A stretch of 43,062 bases of DNA, taken from contig NW_013657609.1 in NCBI RefSeq assembly GCF_000142905.1, positions 5,920 through 48,981 of the forward strand, given 5' to 3'. Position numbers and translations under genes: made by a program. Shown here one piece after another: positions 8,581 through 20,489 of this stretch. Source of the DNA: Thecamonas trahens ATCC 50062 (taxonomy: Eukaryota; Protista; Apusomonadida). The stretch's first letter is position 1. Every line of letters begins with the position of its first letter. A model generated the notes under the pieces. That model had not been told where the DNA came from and ran no database searches. It saw nothing but the letters and a program-made list of their open reading frames with translations.

Positions 8581-9912
8581 ATGCTCACACTCCGCAGCCT
8601 CACCCGCACCACCGCCCTCACACTCAACCTCGCCCGACACACATCCACCCAGCCCCCATCCATCACAGCCGAGCACGACAGGTCATCACCGACATCACCG
8701 GCGACGCACTACAGCCGATTGGCTCAAACACCACCGCAGGCGCGGCGGGACAGGACGTGCCCGCGGAGAGAGATCAACTTTGGCTTGGAAGAGTGGGCGC
8801 GGCACAAGTCTGTGTGGCGCCATGCACGACATATTTTTAACGACATGTCGAGCTCGACGCTCCAGCGATTGGCCTTTCCGTCGTTGTCGGTCGTCGCCAT
8901 GAGTGCCACGGCTGTCACCGTGTACAACACGTGCCTCATCGATGTCATCAACGCCAGTGCTGCCGGGCCTGTTGCCGCCTGGGGCGAGCTAGCTCTCCCG
9001 GCTCTTCCCTTTACCCTCTCCTCGCTGGTCCTTGGCCTCCTGGCCACCTTTCGCACAAACGCCGCCCACGACCGCTTCAATCAAGCTCGCGGCGCTTGGG
9101 GCGAGGTCATCAACGCCTCGCGCGACTTGCTCCGCCAGGCCGCCGTGTGGATGCCGAAGGATCACGCTGTCGAGCGGCTCCGGCTTGCTCGCCTGGTCAA
9201 GGCCTTTCCCGTTGCCCTTAACTTTCATCTCACCACCGACGGCGGCCACTACCTGATCAAGGCGCAGGACGCCGACGCATCGCCGGCCATCCGCGCTGAG
9301 CTCGCCGCCGAGTTGCTCGATCGGGTCTGGCCGGCCGGCCCCGACGCCGAGGAGGACTTTGCCCGCACGCTGGACGTCCATGCTGCCGGCGGCAATGTCC
9401 CGCTCATGCTCCTGGGTGAGATGGCGGCGACGGTGGCGGCGGGTGCCGCTGATGGCCGCGCCGTCGACGCGGTCGAGATGGACAAGGCGCTGCAGCGGCT
9501 CAACACGTCGCTTGGCCGGTGCGAGCGCATCCTCAAGACTCCAATCCCGACCTCTTACACCCGGCACACCTCGCGCTTCCTCACTACTTGGCTCAACGCT
9601 CTCCCGCTTGCCCTCTGGCCGGTCCTTGGCGCCCACGGTACCATCCCAGCCTCGCTCGCCATCGCTTACGCCCTCCTCGGCATCGAGGACATTGGCGTCC
9701 AGATCGAGGAGCCGTTCAACATGCTCCCACTCCGCGCCTACTCGCACACCGTCCAGGCCTCTGTCGACATGCTCCTCCCCGCCCCACGCCCGCGCCCGCA
9801 TCCGCACCCGCGCCCGATCGCTAGGCCTCTGTCACATGCCATCAATCACCGCCATCACCCCCCCCTCGTTGCAACCAGCCCTCGCAACCGCCCCACACTG
9901 ACCCAGACATAA
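8581..9912 (+). CDS. Bestrophin-like anion channel, UPF0187/YneE/VCCN family
   Basis: Motifs LGLLATFRTNAAHDRFNQARGAWG, CERILKTPIPTSYTRHTSRFL and IEDIGVQIEEPF, plus upstream EEWARHKSVWRHARH. Start taken at ATG 8581, just after a gap. Confidence 0.9.
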   Translation: MLTLRSLTRTTALTLNLARHTSTQPPSITAEHDRSSPTSPATHYSRLAQTPPQARRDRTCPRREINFGLEEWARHKSVWRHARHIFNDMSSSTLQRLAFPSLSVVAMSATAVTVYNTCLIDVINASAAGPVAAWGELALPALPFTLSSLVLGLLATFRTNAAHDRFNQARGAWGEVINASRDLLRQAAVWMPKDHAVERLRLARLVKAFPVALNFHLTTDGGHYLIKAQDADASPAIRAELAAELLDRVWPAGPDAEEDFARTLDVHAAGGNVPLMLLGEMAATVAAGAADGRAVDAVEMDKALQRLNTSLGRCERILKTPIPTSYTRHTSRFLTTWLNALPLALWPVLGAHGTIPASLAIAYALLGIEDIGVQIEEPFNMLPLRAYSHTVQASVDMLLPAPRPRPHPHPRPIARPLSHAINHRHHPPLVATSPRNRPTLTQT

Positions 9913-10119
9913 ATTTTTTGACACGCGTATTGGCATTTACACCGAGTCACGCGTCAGATTGAGCTATTACGCCGCAAAATTGCAAGACATGGCTCACGCG
10001 TGTCGGGTAACCAGCTCGGGCCACGCGCCTCGTCCACACCTCTCCCACCACCTCCTCCCCTCCCCCCATACACATACACCTGGACAGGGCCCCTCCCTGC
10101 CCCCGTCAAGCTCTCGACC

Positions 10120-13100
10120 ATGTCATCATCCACGACATCGACACTTTTTGCAACGCCATTGGGAGGCGATGGCTCTGCCGGGGCAAGTGCTGCTGCAGCT
10201 CAAGTCGGCGCCGAGCTCGGGCTAGAGACACGATCATGGACGACTCGGATGAGAGAAGCTGCGTTTGGTGCGGCGTATGCCGTGGTTTCTCGTGATTCAC
10301 ATTCGATCAAATTGATTCCGCTCGCTTTTCTCTTGGCCGAGGCTTTGCAGTTATTGGCTCTCCTATGGTCCCGTGACTTTGACTGGGGTCCCCTCTTTGA
10401 TGCCAGCCTCGAGCCGGCCATGAACGCCCTCGCTTTTCGCCTCTCGACCTCGGACCTCTCTTTCGCGACCTTTGTCATCATATCGCTCATCATCGCTCTC
10501 GCTGTCGCTATCTCCGTCGTCGACATCCTCTGGGTGGCAAGAGCCTTTCTCAACGCCAGCTGGCCAAAGATCTGGCCCGTCCACCTCCTCCGCCTTGGCG
10601 TCGCCTTTCTTCACACCACCCTCTACCTTCCGGCACTATTGCTGCTCATCGATCCGCTCCGCTGCAACTATGCGGCCTCTCCTCCGGTCCTGGCCCGATT
10701 CGAACACATCGAGTGTACCTCGCTCGCTGTCATTGCCCTCATCGCCGTCCGCTACCTCGCCGCTCTCTCACTCTTTGTCTGCGCCTCGCTGCTGGCTCTC
10801 GTCAACTTTCAAGAGTCGCCCACATCGTCGCACATCCTTGCCCGCCCGCACTCGCGCGTCGAGGCTCTGCTCCACCTCGCCAAGACCGCCATTGCCCTCA
10901 TCACCGTCCTCGTCCCGGGCCCGCTGGCTATCGCCTACGCCGTCACCCTCCTCGCCGCTGCAGCTGCTGTCGTCCTCTTCCGCTTCCTCCCGCACTACTC
11001 GGTCCGCGTCACGGCCTTTCGTACAGGCACCTACGCCGCCGTCGCAAGCCTCGGTCTCGTCGCCATCGTCCGCCTTCATCTGAGCCCGAAGAATCCCTCG
11101 GCGCAGCTCAACATGCTTTTCCTCATCTCGCTCGCCGCCCCAGTCTTTGGCTACCTCGTCGCCGGCGCCGCCACCCTCCGCCGCATCGCCTCGCTTCGTG
11201 CCTCGGCAGCCGCCTTTCTGGCCGCGCAGTCTGCCATCTCGCCGCGCTCGTCGGCCTCCTCAGACGCGCCCCGGTCGTCGTCGCCCAGCTCGAGCGCCGC
11301 ACCCGGTCACACCTTTGCTACTGCCGCAGACGTCGAACTCCTTGCCCGCGCCGCTATCACACAAACCCTCGCCGCCCGCCGCTCGCACTCCACCGCCGCT
11401 GTCCGCCCTCACGATGGCCTGCACGTCTCGCAGGCCGTCGCCGACATTTCAACCATCTACACCTGCGGCGTCGAGCAGTACCCCAACTCGCCGTACCTTA
11501 TGCTGACACTGACGTCGCTGATGGCAAGCCTCGGCGAGATGGACGAGGCCCACTCGACGCTCGACGTTCTCCGCAGGCTCCGCCTCGCCCACGTCGCGCA
11601 CCTCGATCACGCCTTTGGCGTCTACCGCAAGACACAGGACTTTATCCGCCGCGTTCACGCCGCCTCAATCTCGGCCTCGGCTCCGGCAGACTCGGGCAGC
11701 GCGCCCACCACCGCCGCCTTTGACCTCCTCACCTACATTCGCTTCAACGAGAACCTCCGCGTAGCGCAGACCCAGCATGCTCGTGCGCTCTCTGCTGTCG
11801 CTCACTTTTGGTCGCTCCTCCACGTTCCCGACGCCCGCGCCGCAGACCGCGCCGTCTTCCTCGCCCGCGCAGACGCCCATGTCGCAGACATCCGCTCCGC
11901 CGCCCTCGTCGCAGACGCCCGCTACCGCTCGCTCGTCCGCTCCCATCCGGACTCGCTCCCGCTCCTTGTCTCGTACGCCCACTTTCTCGAGGACGTCCGC
12001 CACGATCTCAAGCGCGCTCACGTCCTCTACTCGCGCGCCGCCGCCCTCGCCCGCGCCGACAACGCCCGCCGCGCCGCCGCCACCCTCGAGCGCGCTTCCG
12101 CCCCGCGCGGCGCGACAAATCTCGATGGTCACGGCGCCGCCGCGCCCGCCGCCGCCGGCGAGCGCATCTCCACCTTTAGTCAGATCAACGATGCCGTTGA
12201 CGCCGTCCTCACCATCGCCCGCGATGGAACCGTCACTTGGTGCAATGCCAACGCGCTCTCGCTCCTTGGCTACTCGCTCGCCTCGCACCTCGTCGGCCGC
12301 AACATCTCCGTCATCGTCCCGCCGCCCTTTGACCTCGCTCACGATGCCTTCCTCGCCCGCTATCACACCACTGGCAAGGCACACATCCTCGGCCGTGGCC
12401 GCCGCAAGCTCGAGGCCGTCGACGCCTCGGGCGTCCTCATTCCCATCTTCCTTTCCGTCACCGCCCTCGATGGCACCACAGAGGCCTCGCTCGGCACCGC
12501 CTACGTCGGCGTCCTCGCCCCGCGCGACGTCGCCGGCGAAATCCTCTACCTCGCCCCTGTCGGCCCCGACGGTGCCCTCGCCGTCATCGCCGCCTCGCCC
12601 GACGCGCCCGCCGTCTTCAATCTCGCCTCGCACGCCATCCTCCTCTCCATCTCCCCCGCCGCCCTCCTCCCGGCCCTTGCAGACCTCGTCGCCGCCGCCG
12701 ACTCCCAGGGCCCGGCTCGGGGCAAGGTCTGCCCGGTCTCCGCAGCAGCAGCCCCACTGGTCTCCGGCGCGGTCATCGCCCGCCCTACCGCCGTCCGCCA
12801 AGCCAACAGCACCGACTCGGCCTCCTCCGTCGCCATGGCCAGGATCCAGAAAATGGAGGCAGGCGGTCGCGTGGTGTACAAGCTCGAGCTTGAGTCGCTC
12901 AGCGACGCCGTGGCCCAGGTCGTGGTCTCGCGCGACGGCCGCATCCTCCAAGCCGGTCACCCGCTCCTGGCAGCCATGGTCGGCCTGCCCGAGGCCGCCC
13001 TCCTCGGCAAGCCCATCACTAACCTTCTCTCCGTCGCTCATGACGCCCAGCCGGGCCATGTCACCTCGCACACCCCGCGCGCCGTTGTCGCCCAGCTCGC

Positions 13101-14854
13101 CTCAGCCCCGGCCTTTGCGCCGCTCCCGCTCCACCTCATCACCAGCGACGGCGAGTTGGTGCCGGCTGCGGCCTCGGCGTCGCGGCTGGCCTCGGTCGCC
13201 GATGACGCTACCGCGTCCGACGATCGCTGGACCATCGCCCTCGCCCTCTCGCCACGGGCTCTCCTCACTCCGTCGTCGCACTCGCGCCGCTCGTCGGCGG
13301 TCTCGAACCACTCGCCGCACGGCTCGCTCGGCCTCGGCCGCTCAGCTTCCATCGACGCCCAGTACAAAGCCGCGCGGGCGACAACGCCCAAGACGCCCAA
13401 GTCGCTTGGCGCCACGCCGCGGACCCCGTCGTCGTCGGCCCGGGCTCCTATCGCCGTCCCCTCCGCCGCTCACCACGCCCGCCGGGTCGAGCGCAAGCTC
13501 CGCGCCCCGGGCTCGGCCGACCAGGTCATGCTACTTCGCCGCATGGCCTTAGCCGGCTCGCAGACTCGGACTCGCCTCTGCGTCCTCCTCCTCGGCATCG
13601 TTGCGTTTGTCATTGCCGTCGCTATCGCCGCCGTCATCCTCGGCCTCCGCGTCGAGCGCCACGCAGCCCGCGCCGCCGTCGCCGCCGCAAAGCCGGCATC
13701 CTTTGCCGCCTACGCCGTCACCTCGGTCAACGCAACAGACGCCGAATCTCTCGCCGCAGCCCATGCCGCAGCCGCCACCCTCCACGCCCGAATCCTCACC
13801 GGCGCCGGAGGCCTGCCGGCCCTCGCCGATCTCAGCGGCTCGGGCGCATCCGCCGTCCGCGCCTGCATCGTGAACCCGGCGCCCGAGCTCGCCCCAGCCT
13901 CGATGTCGCTCCTTGATGTCGAGGCGCGGCTCCTCGACCCCAACGTACCGCTTGGCTTTATCAACGCCACTCTGGCCTCTCCGGGTGTCTTTGAAGTCAT
14001 GTCCCGCTGCCTCGCCGCCGAGGTTGCGGCCGTCGCCGCCCTCGAGCGCTCGACGGCCTCGGCATTTGCCATCGTCGTCGGCATCGGCGCAGGCCTCGCC
14101 GCGCTCACCCTCCTAGCCCTCCTCGGGCCCTCGGTCCGCGGCGCCATTCGCAACCGCGCAGGCGCGTGGAGCCTCTTCCTCGCTCTTTCGCAGCCGGCCA
14201 TCGCCGCCCATCTCCGCTACCTCCGCGCCGCCACCCGCAGACTCGCCTCGGACGATCTCAGCTCCTTTGACGCCGACGACAACTACGAGTTGTACTTTGA
14301 CGAGGCGTCAGCGCCCGCAGCTACGCCACCGCTGGCTTCGCCGCGCAATGAGGCCATGATCACCCGCTACTACGGCCCGCCGTCGAACAACTCGCGCTTT
14401 GGCGGGCCCGTCCCGCGTGTCTCCTTCAGGCTCCCGCTCGGCTCGCCGACCTCGTCGTCCTCGACAGGTGCCGCTGCTGCCGCCGCTGCCCTCCTCGCCC
14501 ACCATCCGACTGCCAACAAGCGCTCGTCAGAGTTGCCAGCCTCGCCGCCGCATGATGACAACGCCACCGACAACGACGCCACCGGCGAGCCTCCCAAGTC
14601 CACATCTATGCCTCTGCTGCGGACTATGGCGCCGCAGCCGCGCGTGGCTGCTACCGGCTCGGCGCTACTGCCCCGTCACGGCAACGCCCACGACCGCAAT
14701 CGCGATCGCTCCGACCCGCACATCTCCACCTCGTCGATCCTCTCCGTCGTCTCGTCGTCGACCACGGGCTGTCCACATTCGCATATGTGTCCCACGTCGA
14801 CCTCCTCCTCGCCCTCGACCTCCACTTCGTCGTCGGCATCCTCGGCAGTTTCCA

Positions 14855-14887
<33 letters not shown>

Positions 14888-15719
14888 TCCCGCGAGTCCC
14901 TGCGACGCCGACAACACTCGGCCGGTGGCGGCAGTGTCGTCGGCGTCGGAGCAGAATGAGGCGGCGGTCGAAATGATGTCAGCTTCCAACAACAAGTCGC
15001 CGATCCTGGTCTCGCCGATGGCCTCGCCTGTGGTCTCGCCGCGGGAGACAGCGACAGCGGTCGGTTTGTCGGTCATGCCTGGGCAGCGACGAATGGCCAT
15101 CATGGTGTACGCCTATCTCTGCGCCATTGTGGCTGCGGTGGTCGTCATCCTCGTCGCCGCCCTCTGGGCCCTCGTTCCGCTCCTCACCACCGGCTACCTC
15201 CTCCCGATCTTGGAGGCCAACGGCAGCCGATGGGCTGCGGTGTCGGCGGGCAAGGTAGCGTTGGCTGGCAACGCTCACCAGTTGTCGCGAGCTGAATGGC
15301 TCGCTGCCGCCGAGCAGGCCATGCTTGTGGCGTACACCTCGCGGGATCATCATCCACTTGTCGGTCAGCTTGTGCTCAATCAGTTCTACGCCGTCCACGC
15401 CGCCATCAACGCCGTCGTCGACGCCCTCGGCACAGGCGCGGGTCCTGCAGCCGTCCACATTGCAGCGTCGGCCTCTTCGGGCGTCGAGTCACTCCAAGCC
15501 ACCATCACCTCCAACTTTGGCACCAACATGGTTGCCATTCCCTTTGTCGTCCTCTTTGTCCAGCTCTTCCTCCTTCTCTGCATCTACACCGCCGTCTCCA
15601 AGCTCGCCCACCACGAGACCTCCAAGACCCGCTTCGTTGTTCATCTCATTCCGTCACACCTCTCGTCGACCGCCATGACCTCTGCTATCCGCACCCGCCA
15701 CCCGCACGCCCAGCCCTAA
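10120..15719 (+). CDS. TmcB/TmcC-like multi-pass membrane protein with PAS domain(s); one apparent frameshift near 14886
   Basis: N-terminal multi-TM block (LIDPLRC..., ARPHSRVE), a helical TPR-like region (SYAHFLEDV), PAS at ~12180-12520, a second degenerate PAS, and further TM pairs. The 14787-15719 frame supplies the last two TMs and a terminal ..VHLIP.. motif. Confidence 0.75.
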
Positions 15720-15766
15720 TGCCGACGTCAATTGCAGGTTGTTCATTGTCTCGCCCTCGCACTCGA

Positions 15767-18700
15767 TCACGCGAGCCATCGGAGGACGGCACCGCTCTTC
15801 CCGCCCATCTTGACATACGCCCAGCGGAGGGCAACCTTGATGCGACCGGCGTTGCCAAGCGGGCCGAGAGTGAAGAGGAGCGAGACGAGGTAGAGCATCG
15901 AGATGAAGAGCGAGCAGAGGATGGTCATAAAGATGAGTGAGCCGAAGCGCTTGAAGAAGAGCAGCTTGCAGAAGAAGACCAGAATGGCGCCCGAGGAGAG
16001 GGTCGTCACCGCACCGCCCACGATGGAGACGCCCATCTCGGTCAGCGCGTACTGGGTTTTGAGCAGCCGCATCCGCGACGCCTGCCGCGCACGCGGGAGA
16101 TGCCCGCTCGCCTCGGACTCGTTGTACGAGTGCGCCAGATGGACCGTGTAGTCGACGGCGAGGCCGACGCAAATGACGAGGCCGAGCGACTCGTTGACGC
16201 CGAGGGTGAAGCCAAAGACAACCATGGTCGACACGATGGCACCGGCAATGGTGACGAGGGCCACAAAGGCGAGGATGGCCAGCAGAACGTTCGCTGTCGC
16301 AAGCACCAGCATGCCGAACGCAAGCGCGAGTGAGATCGCAAGCGTGGTGTAGACCGAGGCCACAAGGAGCTCAAAGGTCCGCATCCAGGCAAACGACTCG
16401 GGCGAGGCGCCGGCGCCGAGGGTGGCAAACCGGGTGGTGAGGCTAGCCGGCGGCTGAGCGGATGCCGTCACGCCCACCCACACATCGAACCACTTGCGCA
16501 TCACCGGGTTGCTCTCCACCACGTTGATGGGCGTCACAAAGTTGAGCACGGCATACAGCGGCACTCCGTTCGCGTCAAGCAGTACGTCGCGCCCGGATCG
16601 GATCGACACTGCGTCAGGCGTCTCCAGAAACGCCGCCAGCTCGCTGTTGAACGCATCGGCTGCCACGGGGAAGCTTCCGTTGCGAACTGTCGTCACCCAC
16701 GCCGCAAACTCGGTCATGAAGCACCGCGAGTCGTCGAGCCCGCTTTGCAGGACGAGATTGCCCACAGACGGCGTCGTCCCGCACGACGCGCACGTCGCCG
16801 CCTTGACCTGTGCGCAAAAGTCGACGAGGAACTGCTGCGCCGCCGGCGGGGCGAGCGAGAAGCTCGGATCAAATATCAGCCGCCCGACCTTGCCCTGCTC
16901 GTTACGGTCGAGTTTCTTGCCCGACGCCGTCTCTCGCTCGAGGCCCGCTACGCCAAAGATGACTCGGATGGTGTTGACCTCGGACGCTGGGTCGGGATCA
17001 AAGGCGTTCTCGTTGAGCTCGACTGCGTCGTGCGCCTGCGAGCCAGATGGCAGGCCGTTCTCAGGCTTGTTGGGTGGCTCGAGCGCGGTAAAACCCCAAT
17101 GAAGAGGCCCAGTGCAATGACAAAGACCACCACCACGCCCCACCGGATCTTGAACAGCTGCGGCGCGTAGATGTTGTGGAAGAACCGCTCCATGAACCGC
17201 ATGTTCTCGATGTTGTGCGCGTGCTCGCCGACGACCGACCCATCGTCGTCTGATCCATGCGGCGATGTCGCCTCCGCATCGCTCGTGGCCGAGCCAAAGC
17301 CCGAGCCTGAGCTTGGGCCGCTCGCCTCCTCCTCCTGCTCCTCGAGCTCCACTCCGTCTTGGTCTGCAGTCAGCTCATGGGTCGCCGCAAACCGATCGGT
17401 GGCGCGGAAGCAGCACCGGTGAGCGCAGTGCTTCGACCACAGCCAGACGATGGCCGGGAACCAGGTGATGACCAGCAAGTAGTTGACGGCAATGAGAGCG
17501 GCGGAGAAGATGCCGAACGAGGCGATGGCCGGGAGCGGCGAGGCCGCAGTGGCGGCAAAGGCCACAAAGGTGGTGAACGAGGTGACAAACATGGCCGACG
17601 CCGCACGCTTGTACGTCACCGTCATGCGGGCAACTGGATCCGAGGTGATGGCCGCCGGCAGGTGGGAGACCTGCTTCCACGCGTCGACAAAGACAAAGAC
17701 ATCGTCGGCGCCGACGCCAAAGAGGAGGAGGAAACCAAGGACGGCAGGCAGCGGCCAGACCTTGATCTGGAACACCACCCGATACAGGAAGTAGGCGCCA
17801 AAGAAGGAGCAGAGGATGTGGAGGAGGCCCATGGCGGCGAGGAGCGGCGAAAAGGTAAAGTACGCCATAAAGGCGTAGACAAGGACGACAGAGCCCATGG
17901 CGAGGAGAAGATCGCCCATGATGTACGAGACGACTTCGAGCGAGATGATGGTCGACCCGAGGTGATTGACCTTATAGTAGCCCGAGACCGCGCCGTTGTT
18001 GTCGAGCTCCTTGAACACCTGCACGTACTCCTTCATCAGTGTCTTAAACGCATCCTCCTGTGCGTCCTCGCCGTCTGATCGCGAGCTGTAGCCCTTGAGC
18101 GGCCCGCCAAACTGGATGATGAGCCGGGTGACCGGATTGCGGAGCGTTGTCGGCGAGAACATCCGCGAGAAGAACACCTTGTTATCGCCCACCACCGTCC
18201 CATTGCCGTCGAGCTGCGCCCGCACAATCCCGTCGATGCACGCCTGATCGAGCTCGCCGCCGCCGCATCGCGGCTCGCCCTCGCCTGTATCGTCGGTGTA
18301 GAACATCCGCAGCGGTGAGACCGGCGCCGTGCAGTTGCCGCTCGCCGAGTCGCGGAGGCAAAAGTCCTCGTACTGCGCCACACTCATCAACCGCCTCTGT
18401 GCCGTGCGGATCGCCGCCAGGCCTTCAGGTGTGAACGCTCGCCCTGAGTGCGCCGAGAAGAAGACGACCAAGCTCTCGGTCGCCTCGCTCTGCTGCGGGA
18501 TGACCACGCCATCCTGCGAGAACTTGAGGATGGCCTCATACGCAAGACCCTGCCGGACGATGGCATCGCCGAGAGCGAGGAACATGCCTGTCCCATCGCC
18601 GCCGCCCGAATCGATGCCAAACACGGCCAGCGCAAAGACGCCGAGAAGGATGACACTGCCGAGCGAGATGCCGGCCACCAGCCACGGATGCTTGACGATC

Positions 18701-19062
18701 GCACGCGGGAACCACGTGCACGTCATCTCATCGCTCGCCAGTGCTCCCGCATCCTTGCCACTTGCGGTAGTGCTCCCAATCCGCCCCGCGCCCGCCGCCT
18801 TGTCGCTCCCGCCTGTGCCATTGTAGGAGGAGGAATACGAGCCGCTGACGCGCGGGTGTGAGGTTGAAATTTTTTCAGAGCTTCCTGAACCCCTTGTCTT
18901 TCCGAGCGTAGCTTCGCCGACTCTCCGCCGAGCACCGTTCCTTCCCGACGACCAAGACGAGCTGGTGGTGGCAGAGCTCGAGCTACTCGCCGAGCTACTC
19001 ACTCGCTTGTGGCCACTCGCTGTGGCTGGCTTTGACTCGGTTGTCATGCCCTTGCTGCCCAT
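15767..19062 (-). CDS. Dispatched/Patched-family sterol-sensing-domain (RND) transporter; one apparent frameshift near 17095
   Basis: First half has the SSD with GVGADDVFVFVDAWKQ and AMFVTSFTT. Second half has GLAVDYTVHLAHSY and MGVSIVGGAVTT. The two ORFs (19062-16948 and 17143-15767) join by adding one base in the GGGGTTTT run. Confidence 0.88.
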
Positions 19063-20169
19063 GAGCTCGCTAGCGTGTACCCGCGTCGTGACTGATGTGT
19101 GGGGGGAGGGAAGAGCAAGTCGCGTGTGTGAGTGAGAGCAATACTGCGTTAAGTCATCAAATTAGAGGTGTTGCTGCATGCTGGCGGCACGTGTCGGTAG
19201 TCATTGACGATGTGTTTCGCCGCAATGTTCATGATTTGCCGACTGGCACATGCTACATACATAAGAATCGCACATGCGAGTATGGACCTTTGCTGTACAA
19301 TTTACTTCGCTTGCCAACTTGTAGCACCGCAGATCATCGGCGAGATCTTCTTTCAGCTTGATGGGGAGAGCCGGTGCGGGAAGCGGCGATGCTCAGCTCA
19401 CATCCGCAACTGACCTACCTTCACCAGGATTAGCCGAAATCCCCGCAGCTATTGCCACTTTGGTCAATATCGCTGGAGGGGGAAAACCCTCCGCCTCCGC
19501 ACCACACCATCGGCCCCTCCATCGTGCTCCGCCACTCCCTCACCTCCTCTTACCCTTAGTAGCCAGCCTCTGGCCTCGCTCTCGCGCCTTTCCTTCCGTT
19601 GCACCCTCCATCCATCCACATATCCGGCGGCCATCCCAAATCCACACCCCCAAAGATTCGTGCACATGTCGAAACTAATTTCTTGACCCAACCGACAAGT
19701 GAAGTAGAGCCTCTCACCTGTCAGCAGCCTGGTATGATGCGCAGCCCGTACATGGCGAGCATGCCGTCCAGTGAGATCCGGAAAGTGACCATGTCCCCAT
19801 CATGTGCGGGGCAGTAGTTGCCCACAGCAGCGAGCCAATCATGATTTGTTGAGCCAATTAGTGGCGGTCAATGAAAGCGTTTGCGGGTCAAAACGTGTCA
19901 TTCTCCACTGAATGACAAATCAACGTTGTGTTTGGTTGCGGGAGGAGCCTGGGGAAGTTCGGCAGAAGGGGTGTAGCCATAGACACCACGTGAGCCGCAT
20001 CACTTGAGTAATTATCATCCCTGACAAAGGGGAAGCTCCCCTGAACTCATCTCTGTCAACCTGGCACACATTCGCACACCACCCATACACATACCAATGA
20101 TTCAAGGTGGGGCGGCGACGCTGGCGAGGACAGCCTGCTGTCACCGTGGTTCTCCTCCTTTGACTCGGC

Positions 20170-20489
20170 AAGCAAGGATGCGACCAGCATCATCGGCATG
20201 ACGACCAACGCGCCTGCGATCATGGCCGCAAAGGCGCCAACGATCATCGCAGCATCATCGGCATGACGACCAACGCGCCTGCGATCATGGCCGCAAAGGC
20301 GCCAACGAATATCGCAGTTGGTGTGACCACCAACGCACCAGCTATCGACAACAACAACAACATCATCGGCATGACGACCAACGCGCCTGCGATCATGGCC
20401 GCAAAGGCGCCAACGAATACGGCTGCCGCGAGCAAGGATGCGACCAGCATCATCGGCATGACGACCAACGCGCCTGCGATCATGGCCGC
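20170..20489. repeat. Four copies of a ~55-bp unit (last truncated) with variable linkers
   Basis: catcatcggcatgacgaccaacgcgcctgcgatcatggccgc at 20188, 20253, 20361 and 20448. Confidence 0.9.

Noticed and set aside
19063-20160. Short ORFs and CCAAT-like motifs between the divergent transporter and receptor genes
   Set aside because: Lower-GC intergenic character, no recognisable protein, and motifs too short to support a call.
20170-20489. CRISPR-like repeat-spacer structure
   Set aside because: Linkers are very unequal in length and partly degenerate copies of the repeat itself; no cas genes.
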